The notes under the pieces: generated by a model
Databases searched by the model: none
What the model was told of the DNA's origin: nothing
What the model saw: only the letters and a program-made list of their open reading frames with translations
Position numbers and translations under genes: made by a program
In this document: positions 20,757-29,694 of the stretch, piece after piece
Position numbering within the stretch: the first letter of the stretch is position 1
Layout: the number at the start of each line of letters is the position of its first letter
NCBI GenBank assembly: GCA_963701665.1
Contig: OY969622.1
Location: 736,001 to 800,000, forward strand
Reading direction: 5' to 3'
DNA: 64,000 bases
DNA from: Candidatus Babeliales bacterium
GTDB taxonomy: Bacteria; Babelota; Babeliae; Babelales; JANWKD01

Positions 20757-21527
20757 TTAAACAGTAACAACAATCTCTTGCCCAGGGAATGCTTGCAAAT
20801 AATCTCTCGCGCAACCTTGGTTAACCGCAATTTCAAGCGTTTCATTGCTCCCTTTATAGCACAGCAATTTTCCTGGCTGCACATTATCAAATGTAGTCAC
20901 AAAAAGCGCCTCAAAAGATTTTTCCTCTATCTTGAGGCATATCACTTTATTAAACCATGCAGCATCAGCTGGTATATTAGTTTTAATATTCCCAAAACTA
21001 TCGATATAGGTAATAATTTTTTGTGTTTCGAGAATATCACAATATTTAATATCTTTTTTATCAATCGGCAAAAGAGCATCACAATTGCCTTGAGCCAACC
21101 GAATTGCAATTGGTGCAAAAATATCTCTGCCATGGAATGTATTAGATTTTTCTGGGAAACAGAATTCGTTAATTTTAAAAACCGTTACACCCTCTTGCTT
21201 CAAAATATAATGAAACAAGCCATTATTGGGCCCAATAAAAGTATACGAGCCAAGTTTTACCACCAAACCACTCCGTTCAGTACCAACTCCTGGATCAACA
21301 ACCGCAATAATATAACTATTTTCTGGAAAATAGGCGTATATCTTTTCAAGCACAAATGCACCACTCACAACAGAAAACTTTTCTATAGAATGATCAATAT
21401 CGATAACTGAACTGTCAGGAATCGCACGCAATAAGGTTGCTTTTATTGTAGCAACGGCAAAGTCAAACCCAAAATCAGTCAATAGGCCAAAAGTAATATT
21501 CGTATTTTTTGAAGATAATAAATTCAT
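20757..21527 (-). CDS. SAM hydroxide adenosyltransferase / SAM hydrolase (DUF62, chlorinase-fluorinase family)
   Basis: LLTDFG, VVDPGVGTER, TFHGRDIFAP, YIDSFGN, LEIAVNQG; RBS GAGAGG before ATG 21527. Confidence 0.93.
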   Translation of the reverse strand: MNLLSSKNTNITFGLLTDFGFDFAVATIKATLLRAIPDSSVIDIDHSIEKFSVVSGAFVLEKIYAYFPENSYIIAVVDPGVGTERSGLVVKLGSYTFIGPNNGLFHYILKQEGVTVFKINEFCFPEKSNTFHGRDIFAPIAIRLAQGNCDALLPIDKKDIKYCDILETQKIITYIDSFGNIKTNIPADAAWFNKVICLKIEEKSFEALFVTTFDNVQPGKLLCYKGSNETLEIAVNQGCARDYLQAFPGQEIVVTV

Positions 21528-21614
21528 AATCAAACCTCTCTCATTAAAATAAATGAAATAAAAGCATAACAAAAGCACATACCCTAAAAAGGGTTTAGCT
21601 TATAAAAAAAATAA

Positions 21615-21675
21615 GGGTAAAAAGAAAGATATATGGCCTTAGGCCATCATATAAAGAAGAGAGTATGACATAGCC
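21615..21675 (-). promoter_or_regulatory. Candidate attenuator (terminator hairpin with U-tract and competing upstream pairing)
   Basis: Minus strand ATATGATGGCC-TAA-GGCCATATAT-CTTTCTTTTT; alternative pairing GGCTATGTCATA with TATGATGGCC. Confidence 0.55.
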
Positions 21676-21737
21676 ATAAATGCCAAAAACAAAATTTTGC
21701 TTGTCTGAAGAGAACAGAAAATAATGTTAGGATTCAT
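21639..21737 (-). CDS. Putative Met-rich leader peptide (32 aa) MNPNIIFCSLQTSKILFLAFMAMSYSLLYMMA
   Basis: GAGG RBS just upstream; 4 Met codons in the last 12 codons; stop codon forms the loop of the terminator hairpin. Confidence 0.55.
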   Translation of the reverse strand: MNPNIIFCSLQTSKILFLAFMAMSYSLLYMMA

Positions 21738-21777
21738 AGATACCTCACATGAATTGAATTGTTACTATTATATTTTA

Positions 21778-21806
21778 AGTTTAAGAATCAAATTCTAATT
21801 TGTCAA
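21778..21806 (-). promoter_or_regulatory. sigma70 promoter upstream of the leader/DUF62 gene
   Basis: TTGACA-N17-TAAACT on the minus strand. Confidence 0.65.
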
Positions 21807-21910
21807 TTTTTTCCAAAAATAGCCTCCAAAGATGACCTTCCAATTATCACTAAAACGGGTTAGACTACGGGTAAAAAAAAATAGTTAATGTGTAAAAAAG
21901 AGAACTTAGT

Positions 21911-23455
21911 ATGAAGCATGTAAACACCCTCCTTTACCTAGCGTTGTTAGCATCATCAACATTTTTTTCTCATCTTCATGCAGGAGATTTATTTTTTGAC
22001 CATCATGAAACGTTTGGAAAGACATTCTATAATCCACGTTCTCCTGGTCTTAATAAAGCTCAAGAGTCTTCCGGCGTTGCACGTTTTATAGGGCCTTCAG
22101 AGGATTGCACAGTCGAAGGCTTTTTCGATATCACATCAGAATTCGGTATAAGTTTCAATAAAAATGCTGTAGGCCAATTTATTTTTTTTAATGGCTCTAG
22201 CACCATGAAAACCGGTACAGCCGGAGGGCCAGGTGTCGATATTTTTGGTCCAAATTTTTTATTAAATGATAATTTTACCGATGCCATCACAGCACGTCCG
22301 CAAGTTAAAACTGAAGTAATAGATTTTGGTTTTTATTGTTCTTTAGATCCCTTTATAGATGGTCTTTATGTTATAGCTAATGCAGCAGTTTGTTGGGCAT
22401 TTTGGGATGTAGATTTAATTGAATCACCAAGCTTCGTAGGAACCACCATTCAAGCTTTTGAATTAGGCAATCCGGTAGCAGAACCCGCACCATTCGATAA
22501 TTTAATTGATGCTTGGAATGGCCAAGCAACCTTCTTTGATGTTACACAACCATTGCAATATGCTCGCATTAATGGAACGCAAAAAAAATTCAGCGGCAGT
22601 GATATAGAGCTAGGTGTCGGTTATTTCTTCATTAGAGATGAATGCGCATACCTTAGCTTTAATGGACGTGTAATAATTCCAACGAGCAATAGACCGCAAG
22701 GAGTCTTCCTTTTTGAGCCCTGTACGGGAAATTTTCATCATGTTGAAGTAGGTTTTGGCATCTTAGGTGCAAAAGATTTGTGGTATTGTGAAAATAAACT
22801 GTTGCAAGGTTTTGTGAATGCAAACTTATATCATGCGTGCAGGAGCCGCCAAAGAAGATCATTTGATTTAATAAACAACGGCCCTGGCAGTCGATATTTA
22901 CTCTTCAAAACCTTTGATAGCACAGGCCACTATGCAGGAGAAATGGTACGTGGTCCAAATATTTTAACGTTGGATGTTGATGCACGAAACATGGTACACG
23001 GAGATGCCGTCTTTATGCTTGATTACAATCAAGGCGGATTCAATTGGAACATTGGCTATAATATTTGGGGCAGAACTAAAGATCAGCTTACATTGAAACA
23101 AACTATTCCCGGTAGTACCTATGGCATTGCGGGAGTTACCGGAACTAATCCTGCAGGAGATCGTGACAGGACTGCAAGCCAAACTACTATTAGCGGAGAA
23201 AACGCTGATTTGATCGATGGAGGCGCCACGGGCTCCTTCCTCAATAACGTATATCTAACTACCGAGGATATCGCTATAGGGTCAGCCGCCCACCCGGGCT
23301 GCTTTAGCCATGGCATTTTTACCTATATTGGCTATGTATGGGACTGCCAAACAGCCCCTTTTATAGGTTTGGGCTCTGAAGTCGAGTTTTCAGGGTCAAG
23401 AAACGATGCTTTGAGGGTCTGGCACGTTTGGGGTAAAGTAGGCTTAAATTTCTAA
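21911..23455 (+). CDS. Secreted, probable outer-membrane beta-barrel protein
   Basis: Signal peptide (..HLHA), aromatic/Gly-rich alternating strands, C-terminal WGKVGLNF. Confidence 0.6.
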   Translation: MKHVNTLLYLALLASSTFFSHLHAGDLFFDHHETFGKTFYNPRSPGLNKAQESSGVARFIGPSEDCTVEGFFDITSEFGISFNKNAVGQFIFFNGSSTMKTGTAGGPGVDIFGPNFLLNDNFTDAITARPQVKTEVIDFGFYCSLDPFIDGLYVIANAAVCWAFWDVDLIESPSFVGTTIQAFELGNPVAEPAPFDNLIDAWNGQATFFDVTQPLQYARINGTQKKFSGSDIELGVGYFFIRDECAYLSFNGRVIIPTSNRPQGVFLFEPCTGNFHHVEVGFGILGAKDLWYCENKLLQGFVNANLYHACRSRQRRSFDLINNGPGSRYLLFKTFDSTGHYAGEMVRGPNILTLDVDARNMVHGDAVFMLDYNQGGFNWNIGYNIWGRTKDQLTLKQTIPGSTYGIAGVTGTNPAGDRDRTASQTTISGENADLIDGGATGSFLNNVYLTTEDIAIGSAAHPGCFSHGIFTYIGYVWDCQTAPFIGLGSEVEFSGSRNDALRVWHVWGKVGLNF

Positions 23456-23641
23456 AAACCTTCAAATTTGACCCTTTTTTGGCTGTTTTTGACCTTAATC
23501 GTTGACTAGTAGAATATTTTAATAAAAAATTATTGATTTTTCAATTCTCCCTGTGCGATACTATTACTAAGTCCTATTACAAGCGTACGGTGTAAGCGGA
23601 CATATGAAGTAATATATAAACCTTATTTAAAGGAGAATCTA

Positions 23642-23917
23642 ATGAAAAAGCTTTTATTAGTTACCTTAATCGCCCTCGGTATGGGCTTAGTAGTTGCTGA
23701 TGCATCTGCTCGTTATAACAACTGTAATACATGCGCAAAACCTTGCAGAACATCTTGCCATGACGCGTGTGAAGTTATTGAAGAACCTTGTGGTTTACCA
23801 CCTTGCTGTTTAACAGCTGTCGAAGTACCTGCTAAAAAAGTTAAACATATTAGTTATTCATGGTACTGTCCAAAAGGTTGCAGAACAACTGGTATGGATA
23901 GCAGCTTCGTAGAGTAA
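23642..23917 (+). CDS. Small secreted cysteine-rich protein
   Basis: Signal peptide ..ADASA, 10 Cys in the mature part, strong RBS AAGGAG, own terminator. Confidence 0.75.
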   Translation: MKKLLLVTLIALGMGLVVADASARYNNCNTCAKPCRTSCHDACEVIEEPCGLPPCCLTAVEVPAKKVKHISYSWYCPKGCRTTGMDSSFVE

Positions 23918-23945
23918 TTTGCATTAACAAGTCTAGTATCTTAAT

Positions 23946-23987
23946 AAGAAAATAACGCTGATGTATTTCAGCGTTATTTTCTTTTTT
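23946..23987 (+). terminator. Intrinsic terminator
   Basis: AAGAAAATAACGCTGA-tgtatt-TCAGCGTTATTTTCTT followed by T tract. Confidence 0.8.
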
Positions 23988-24103
23988 ATCCCCATTTTTC
24001 AACTACTTAATCCTCTATACCTTTGCTATAAGAGCTACTATACTGAGTAACAAAAAGAATAACGAAAATAGATGTACCTAGATCCTCGAAAAAAACAGCT
24101 TTT

Positions 24104-25441
24104 ATGGCAAACAACTCGGTATTTAAACCACATTCCTGGCACTCAGTTTCTTCTCAAAAAAGCCTAGAAGAAGTATATAAATCTATACCAATTCAGGACA
24201 AAACCTCTTTTTTTAAAAAATTACTTTCATTCACCGGCCCAGGTTACTTAGTTGCCGTTGGCTATATGGATCCAGGCAATTGGGCAACTGATATCGCTGG
24301 AGGATCCAAATTCTCCTATTCATTATTATCAGTTATTTTAATCTCTAACTGCATGGCCGTAATCTTACAATATTTAGCCCTTAAATTAGGTATTGTAACA
24401 GGTAGAGACCTTGCACAAGCATGTCGGGATCACTATTCTCAAGCAACATCATTTTGTTTGTGGATCCTTGCTGAAATAGCTATTATTGCCTGTGATTTAG
24501 CTGAAATTATTGGATCTGCTCTTGCCCTTAACCTTCTCTTTTCAATACCCCTGCTATGGGGCGTTATCATAACTGCATTTGATGTATTTTTATTACTGCT
24601 GTTGCAACACCGAAGCTTCCGCTATCTTGAAAGCATTGTTATCATCCTTATTGTTACTATTTTAAGCTGTTTTGCTATTAATATATTTTTATCGTCCCCA
24701 AACCTCACGGACCTCTTAAAAGGCTTTATTCCAACAAAAGAGTTAATAACTAACCCTGAAATGCTCTATATTGCCGTCGGCATCCTTGGAGCAACCGTTA
24801 TGCCTCATAATTTATACCTGCACTCGTCGGTGGTCCAAACGCGCGGATATGCAGAAACGGATAGTGCCAAAAAAGAGGCTATTTTTTTTAGTACCCTCGA
24901 CTCAACTATAGCGCTCTCGTTAGCCTTCCTGGTTAACGCGGGTATCCTTATAGTGGCAGCAGCCGTTTTCTATACGCGCGGATTATATGAAATCGCAGAA
25001 ATCCAGGACGCCTATCAGTTATTAACCCCCCTTCTAGGCTCCCAAATGGCCAGTATCGTCTTTGCCTGTGCCCTGCTTGCCGCAGGCCAAAATGCCACCA
25101 TTACCGGCACCCTAGCCGGCCAAATCATTATGGAAGGCTTTACATCCTTTTCCCTTGCTCCCTGGGTACGTCGCTTTTTAAGCCGATCTTTAGCCATTGT
25201 TCCTGCCATTTTTGTAGTTTGGCATTATGGCCAAAATGGCCTTTCCCATCTACTTCTATTGAGCCAGGTTATTTTGAGCCTTCAACTCCCCTTTGCCGTA
25301 TTCCCTCTGGTACAATTTACCTGCCATCAGGGAAAAATGGGCATTTTTGCAAATTCCTTTTACCTTAAAATTACCGGCTATTTCTTGGGTTTCTTTATTG
25401 TCCTATTAAATAGCTGGCTTTTGATAAAAATACTATTTTAA
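24104..25441 (+). CDS. mntH: Nramp-family Mn2+/Fe2+ transporter MntH
   Basis: GYMDPGNWATD, GATVMPHNLYLHS, TGTLAGQIIMEGF. Confidence 0.95.
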   Translation: MANNSVFKPHSWHSVSSQKSLEEVYKSIPIQDKTSFFKKLLSFTGPGYLVAVGYMDPGNWATDIAGGSKFSYSLLSVILISNCMAVILQYLALKLGIVTGRDLAQACRDHYSQATSFCLWILAEIAIIACDLAEIIGSALALNLLFSIPLLWGVIITAFDVFLLLLLQHRSFRYLESIVIILIVTILSCFAINIFLSSPNLTDLLKGFIPTKELITNPEMLYIAVGILGATVMPHNLYLHSSVVQTRGYAETDSAKKEAIFFSTLDSTIALSLAFLVNAGILIVAAAVFYTRGLYEIAEIQDAYQLLTPLLGSQMASIVFACALLAAGQNATITGTLAGQIIMEGFTSFSLAPWVRRFLSRSLAIVPAIFVVWHYGQNGLSHLLLLSQVILSLQLPFAVFPLVQFTCHQGKMGIFANSFYLKITGYFLGFFIVLLNSWLLIKILF

Positions 25442-25503
25442 GGTGTTTTCCCCCCCTTCTCCCCCTGCTTAATGGCAGGATTTATTGATTAAATATATGA
25501 TTT

Positions 25504-25531
25504 TTGACAAATTGTAATATTTATATAAACT
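25504..25531 (+). promoter_or_regulatory. sigma70-type promoter of the peptidase/ankyrin cluster
   Basis: TTGACA-N16-TAAACT. Confidence 0.5.
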
Positions 25532-25567
25532 GAGATATATGAAGATAAATTTAAAGGGAGAAAAATA

Positions 25568-26389
25568 ATGAAATTTTTAAAGAATAATAAGGTATTTTTG
25601 ATAGCGGCAATAGCCTTAGCAGGCTTGATCATTATAGGTATAGGACTTATAGAGAAAAACACCTACCAAAGTAGTGAATCAATTCAGCCTAACTTGCTTT
25701 CGCAGCTTTCACTTGATTCGGCTCAAGAAATATCTAAAGAAACGTATCAAACTTTTCTAAAAGATGAAGAAACACGTATTTGGGGTCTTTTAAAAGGAAT
25801 CTTAAATATGTCTCAAGATGAATGTAATGCAAAAAAAATACAGTGGCAAAGCTACTACGCCAATGATGCAAAAGAGTTACAAGATTTGAACAAGAATTTA
25901 CCTCCTCTTTCATCAGATACTTTAAAGGTTGTCAAAGCTGTTTTAGAAGATTTTAATATATCTGAAGATGCCGTTGTCATTTTACCATTTGAAGATTATT
26001 GTCCGGCAGCTGCTGATGATTGCAGCCTATTTATTAATGAAACACTATTTAAACAATTATCACCCAATGCTCAAAAATTCTGTATTGGTCACGAATTACA
26101 GCATTTTTTAAACAAAGATGATTCAACAAATTATGTGTTATTACAGCATTGCGATCAAGATAAATCAGAATTACCTGCTGAACATTCTATTCAACAAATT
26201 TCAAGACTACAAGAGCTCAGAGCTGATCTTAGCGCAGCAGCAAAAAATGATGAATATGCTCAAGGATTCAAAGAATTTATCAACATAGCATTAGAAATTG
26301 TTGGTGACGGTCCAGGAACAACACATCCAAAAAATACATTAAGATTAAGCTATGCAGAGAAATTAATTGCTCAAACAATAGTAACTTAA
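25568..26389 (+). CDS. M48-like zinc metallopeptidase, N-terminally anchored (paralogue 1)
   Basis: HELQH, ELRAD, THP..R motifs. Confidence 0.75.
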   Translation: MKFLKNNKVFLIAAIALAGLIIIGIGLIEKNTYQSSESIQPNLLSQLSLDSAQEISKETYQTFLKDEETRIWGLLKGILNMSQDECNAKKIQWQSYYANDAKELQDLNKNLPPLSSDTLKVVKAVLEDFNISEDAVVILPFEDYCPAAADDCSLFINETLFKQLSPNAQKFCIGHELQHFLNKDDSTNYVLLQHCDQDKSELPAEHSIQQISRLQELRADLSAAAKNDEYAQGFKEFINIALEIVGDGPGTTHPKNTLRLSYAEKLIAQTIVT

Positions 26390-26405
26390 TACTGAAACTA
26401 AAAAA

Positions 26406-27254
26406 ATGGAGAAGATCATGGAATTTGTTAATAAAAAGAATATTTTAATCGCATCAGCACTATTAGGTATTATTCCAGCACTTTATTATATCAATCATAG
26501 ACAAACAGCTATCACACCAAATTTAATACATCAACTGGGTATTGATGAAAATAGCCTTAAGAATGATTATTATGTAGGCATTTCACCTAACTCGGAAAAA
26601 AGCACAAAAGAAGAATATCTTGCATGGCTTGCTTCGGAAGAAAAAAAAGTATGGCATGATGTTACAGCATTAACAGGAATTACCTACGATGAATGCAAAA
26701 AATTAGTTCAAGAATACCTGCCAACACATGCTAAAGAAACTGAAGGGCTTAAAAAGCAATTAAGTACTGGCAAGGAAGTTGCGCCCCATGTTAGAGAAGT
26801 TATTGAAACCGTTATTCATGATTTAGGTTGCCAACCACTTGAAATTATTTCATGCACCTATCCCGTTGCTGCGGCAACTCACGGCCCGATCGTTTTGGTA
26901 AACGAAGAAATTTTCAATACTATGCCAACGCTCGCACAAAAATTCGTGGTGGCTCATGAAATTAGTCATATTTTCTTACAAGATGACGAGATACGCTCCG
27001 TGCTTAGAAGTAAAGGTTTTGCGCCTAACGAAGAATCACTCGATTATGCTATAAACAAGCTTTACCGTTTCCAAGAGTTACGAGCTGATATGCTTGCAGC
27101 GCTCACAAGTCTTGAATATGCAAAAGGTTATACTGAATACGTTCATAATGCTTTAGGCAGAAGAGACAATGAAGAAATTACTGAATTATTTTATCCGACC
27201 TACGTACTGAGACAAACAACTAGTGAAAAAATTCAACAAATAGTTTTTGCATAA
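26406..27254 (+). CDS. M48-like zinc metallopeptidase (paralogue 2)
   Basis: HEISH, ELRAD; distal HP motif replaced by YP. Confidence 0.7.
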   Translation: MEKIMEFVNKKNILIASALLGIIPALYYINHRQTAITPNLIHQLGIDENSLKNDYYVGISPNSEKSTKEEYLAWLASEEKKVWHDVTALTGITYDECKKLVQEYLPTHAKETEGLKKQLSTGKEVAPHVREVIETVIHDLGCQPLEIISCTYPVAAATHGPIVLVNEEIFNTMPTLAQKFVVAHEISHIFLQDDEIRSVLRSKGFAPNEESLDYAINKLYRFQELRADMLAALTSLEYAKGYTEYVHNALGRRDNEEITELFYPTYVLRQTTSEKIQQIVFA

Positions 27255-27280
27255 TTTTGAATTTAAATAAGGAATAGAAC

Positions 27281-28759
27281 ATGAAAAGATTAATATTAAT
27301 AGTATTAACAATGATATCGCTACAAGCGTTCGCCATGGAACAAAAGCCTACGGCAAACCAAAACACTCTCAGAGAAAAATTAGGTGCACTTTTCAATGCT
27401 GTTATCCAACGCGATGCATTGAAAGTACAAAATTTATTATCTGATCATGAAATCAGTTCCCATAAAACAATTTTGGATACCCGCGCGTTAATTAAAGGGA
27501 TGCCAACAGCAGCATCACTCATCGATTTTGCGGTTGAGCTCCCAGATCCTACTATTTTAAGACACTTAATTAAAGCTGGTGCGTCAATAGAAACAAGAAA
27601 TAGTGAAGGTCAGACTCCGCTGTTGAAAGCTGTTTATAATAGAAATGTTCCTGCTGTTAGAGTCCTCTTAAAAAATAAAGCAGATGTAAACGTCAAAAGT
27701 CTTAGGAGCAAATCTTCTCCATTAAAGTATGCTGTTAATAACCACGACTACTCTGTGATTGAACTCTTGATTGGCCACGGTGCTCGTCTTGATGAATTTC
27801 AACGAGGATCCCGTACTGAAATAGAGAATGCGCTTTTGCATAAATCACAGAATGATTCAAATTTCTATCCTGAAAAATTTTTGCTCAAAGCAGCAAAAAC
27901 TAACCCCAATATTATTATGAGAGACAACAGTAGAACTCGTATGCCGGCTTTGCACTATCTTCTCAGAAAATTTTATGAAGAATATTACAACCCTCAATTT
28001 GTGCAAGGGCTCAATGCTGCAACAAAAAAAGGTGAAGACATCTTAATGAAGCCAGAAGAATCAAAATTAATCCAATCAATTTTACAGCAAATTGAAGCCG
28101 GATTTAATATTAATAAGATAGACAGCGATGATCGTACAGCTTTAGCAATTGCTATCGAAAATACAGATCCAACTTTCGTAAAATGGATTTTGTCTCATCA
28201 CAAGGCTAATGCCATGACTTACGATAGTAGCAAACGCATTACCACTATTACCGGACTTTGCACCATAGATCCTACATCTCGACGTCCAATGCAATATGTC
28301 TTAAATGAATTAGAAAAGGTAATCAAAGATAAGCAAATATACTTAAAATTACAATTTTCTGATCGAGTGGATGAATTGTCTCTTAAAAAGGATCGGCTAC
28401 TTTCAATAGCTGAGCATCTTGTCAGCTATAACCCTTATTTATGCACTCAAGAAATAATGTTTAGCAATTACCTTATTTCACCTTTTGAATTTGCAGAGCA
28501 ACAAGGATTGCACGAGCTTACGGAAATACTTCAAAAATATAATCAATTAAGTTTAGTTGAACAAACTGCAAAGCAGCTTATAAATAACATACTTGCAACG
28601 GGTTTTGATGATCCAAAAAATAATTTAGGTGCATTGCCAAAAGAAGTCATTAAAAACTTGGTGGATGAAATCGATAAATTAATTACTGTACGTCAAGATA
28701 AAGAAGCATTACATAATTTGAAAGACGGCATTATTAAAACATATTTAATTCAGTCTTAA
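27281..28759 (+). CDS. Secreted ankyrin-repeat protein
   Basis: GQTPLLKAV..VRVLLKNKADVN, SPLKYAV..LLIGHGA, RTALAIA; signal peptide ..AFAME. Confidence 0.88.
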   Translation: MKRLILIVLTMISLQAFAMEQKPTANQNTLREKLGALFNAVIQRDALKVQNLLSDHEISSHKTILDTRALIKGMPTAASLIDFAVELPDPTILRHLIKAGASIETRNSEGQTPLLKAVYNRNVPAVRVLLKNKADVNVKSLRSKSSPLKYAVNNHDYSVIELLIGHGARLDEFQRGSRTEIENALLHKSQNDSNFYPEKFLLKAAKTNPNIIMRDNSRTRMPALHYLLRKFYEEYYNPQFVQGLNAATKKGEDILMKPEESKLIQSILQQIEAGFNINKIDSDDRTALAIAIENTDPTFVKWILSHHKANAMTYDSSKRITTITGLCTIDPTSRRPMQYVLNELEKVIKDKQIYLKLQFSDRVDELSLKKDRLLSIAEHLVSYNPYLCTQEIMFSNYLISPFEFAEQQGLHELTEILQKYNQLSLVEQTAKQLINNILATGFDDPKNNLGALPKEVIKNLVDEIDKLITVRQDKEALHNLKDGIIKTYLIQS

Positions 28760-28794
28760 CTGTTTTATAACTAACTATAAATGGAGAGAGACGA

Positions 28795-29649
28795 ATGAAT
28801 TTAAGAATTTTAGATATTAAGCTAAACAAAAGAATTATTGCATCAATCGCTGTACTTATAATTGCAATATCATCCTTAACTTTGCATCGCATTCACCAAA
28901 CACAAAAAAATACGAGCATTGAACCAAATCTAAACGCGCGCATTGATCTTACAGCTTTTGAGCAAACGAGTGCGCTACAAGATTTTCAAACATTATTAGA
29001 TAATGAAGAAACACTCGTTTGGCACGAGATTGAACACGCAAGTGGGATGTCAAAAAAACAAATTATAGCTATAAAAAGTGAAAAGAGTTGGCAAAAATAT
29101 TATGCAGAAGATATCAAGAATCTAAAAGAGAAAAAACATAGTGATCACAAGATTAGCCAAAAAAATACGGAACTCATCAAACGAATGATCCACTTATGTG
29201 GTCTCGATTCAAACAACATAGAAATTGTAAGCTCTAATGGTTTTTCTCCAGCGGCCGCAACTGATATCGTTCTATTCGTAAATCCAGAAAAATTTGATGC
29301 ACTTTCTCCTAATATACAAAAGTTCGTTCTAGTACATGAGATGAGCCATATTATTAATCAAGATCACTCAACACGTTGTATACTCGAAGATATGCAAGAA
29401 AATCAGAAAGATAACGAGCGCTTAGAACATGCTATAAATCATATTAAATACTTTTCTGAAACAAGAGCTGACGTCTTTGCTATTCTTCAAGGACAAGAAT
29501 TTGCACAAGGCCAAATCGATTTTATGGAACAATGTTTAAAACTACACGGAAATAAGCCAGGCCGTAGCCACCCATCAAATGGTGAACGTCTTGCAATGGG
29601 GCAAAAACTATTAGCATTGATAGAACATAAAAACAATTCACAAGCATAA
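28795..29649 (+). CDS. M48-like zinc metallopeptidase (paralogue 3)
   Basis: HEMSH, ETRAD, SHPS..ERL. Confidence 0.75.
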   Translation: MNLRILDIKLNKRIIASIAVLIIAISSLTLHRIHQTQKNTSIEPNLNARIDLTAFEQTSALQDFQTLLDNEETLVWHEIEHASGMSKKQIIAIKSEKSWQKYYAEDIKNLKEKKHSDHKISQKNTELIKRMIHLCGLDSNNIEIVSSNGFSPAAATDIVLFVNPEKFDALSPNIQKFVLVHEMSHIINQDHSTRCILEDMQENQKDNERLEHAINHIKYFSETRADVFAILQGQEFAQGQIDFMEQCLKLHGNKPGRSHPSNGERLAMGQKLLALIEHKNNSQA

Positions 29650-29665
29650 CTATTCAAAAAAAATA

Positions 29666-29694
29666 AGTACCGCAACATACAAATTGCGGTACTT
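29666..29694. terminator. Bidirectional terminator
   Basis: AAGTACCGCAA-catacaaa-TTGCGGTACTT between convergent genes. Confidence 0.75.

Noticed and set aside
20778..21410. 210-aa plus-strand ORF
   Set aside because: Antisense shadow of the DUF62 gene with no motifs.
20757..21527. Chlorinase/fluorinase (halogenase) activity
   Set aside because: Retains the Asp-Arg-His residues typical of SAM hydrolases and has no secondary-metabolite context.
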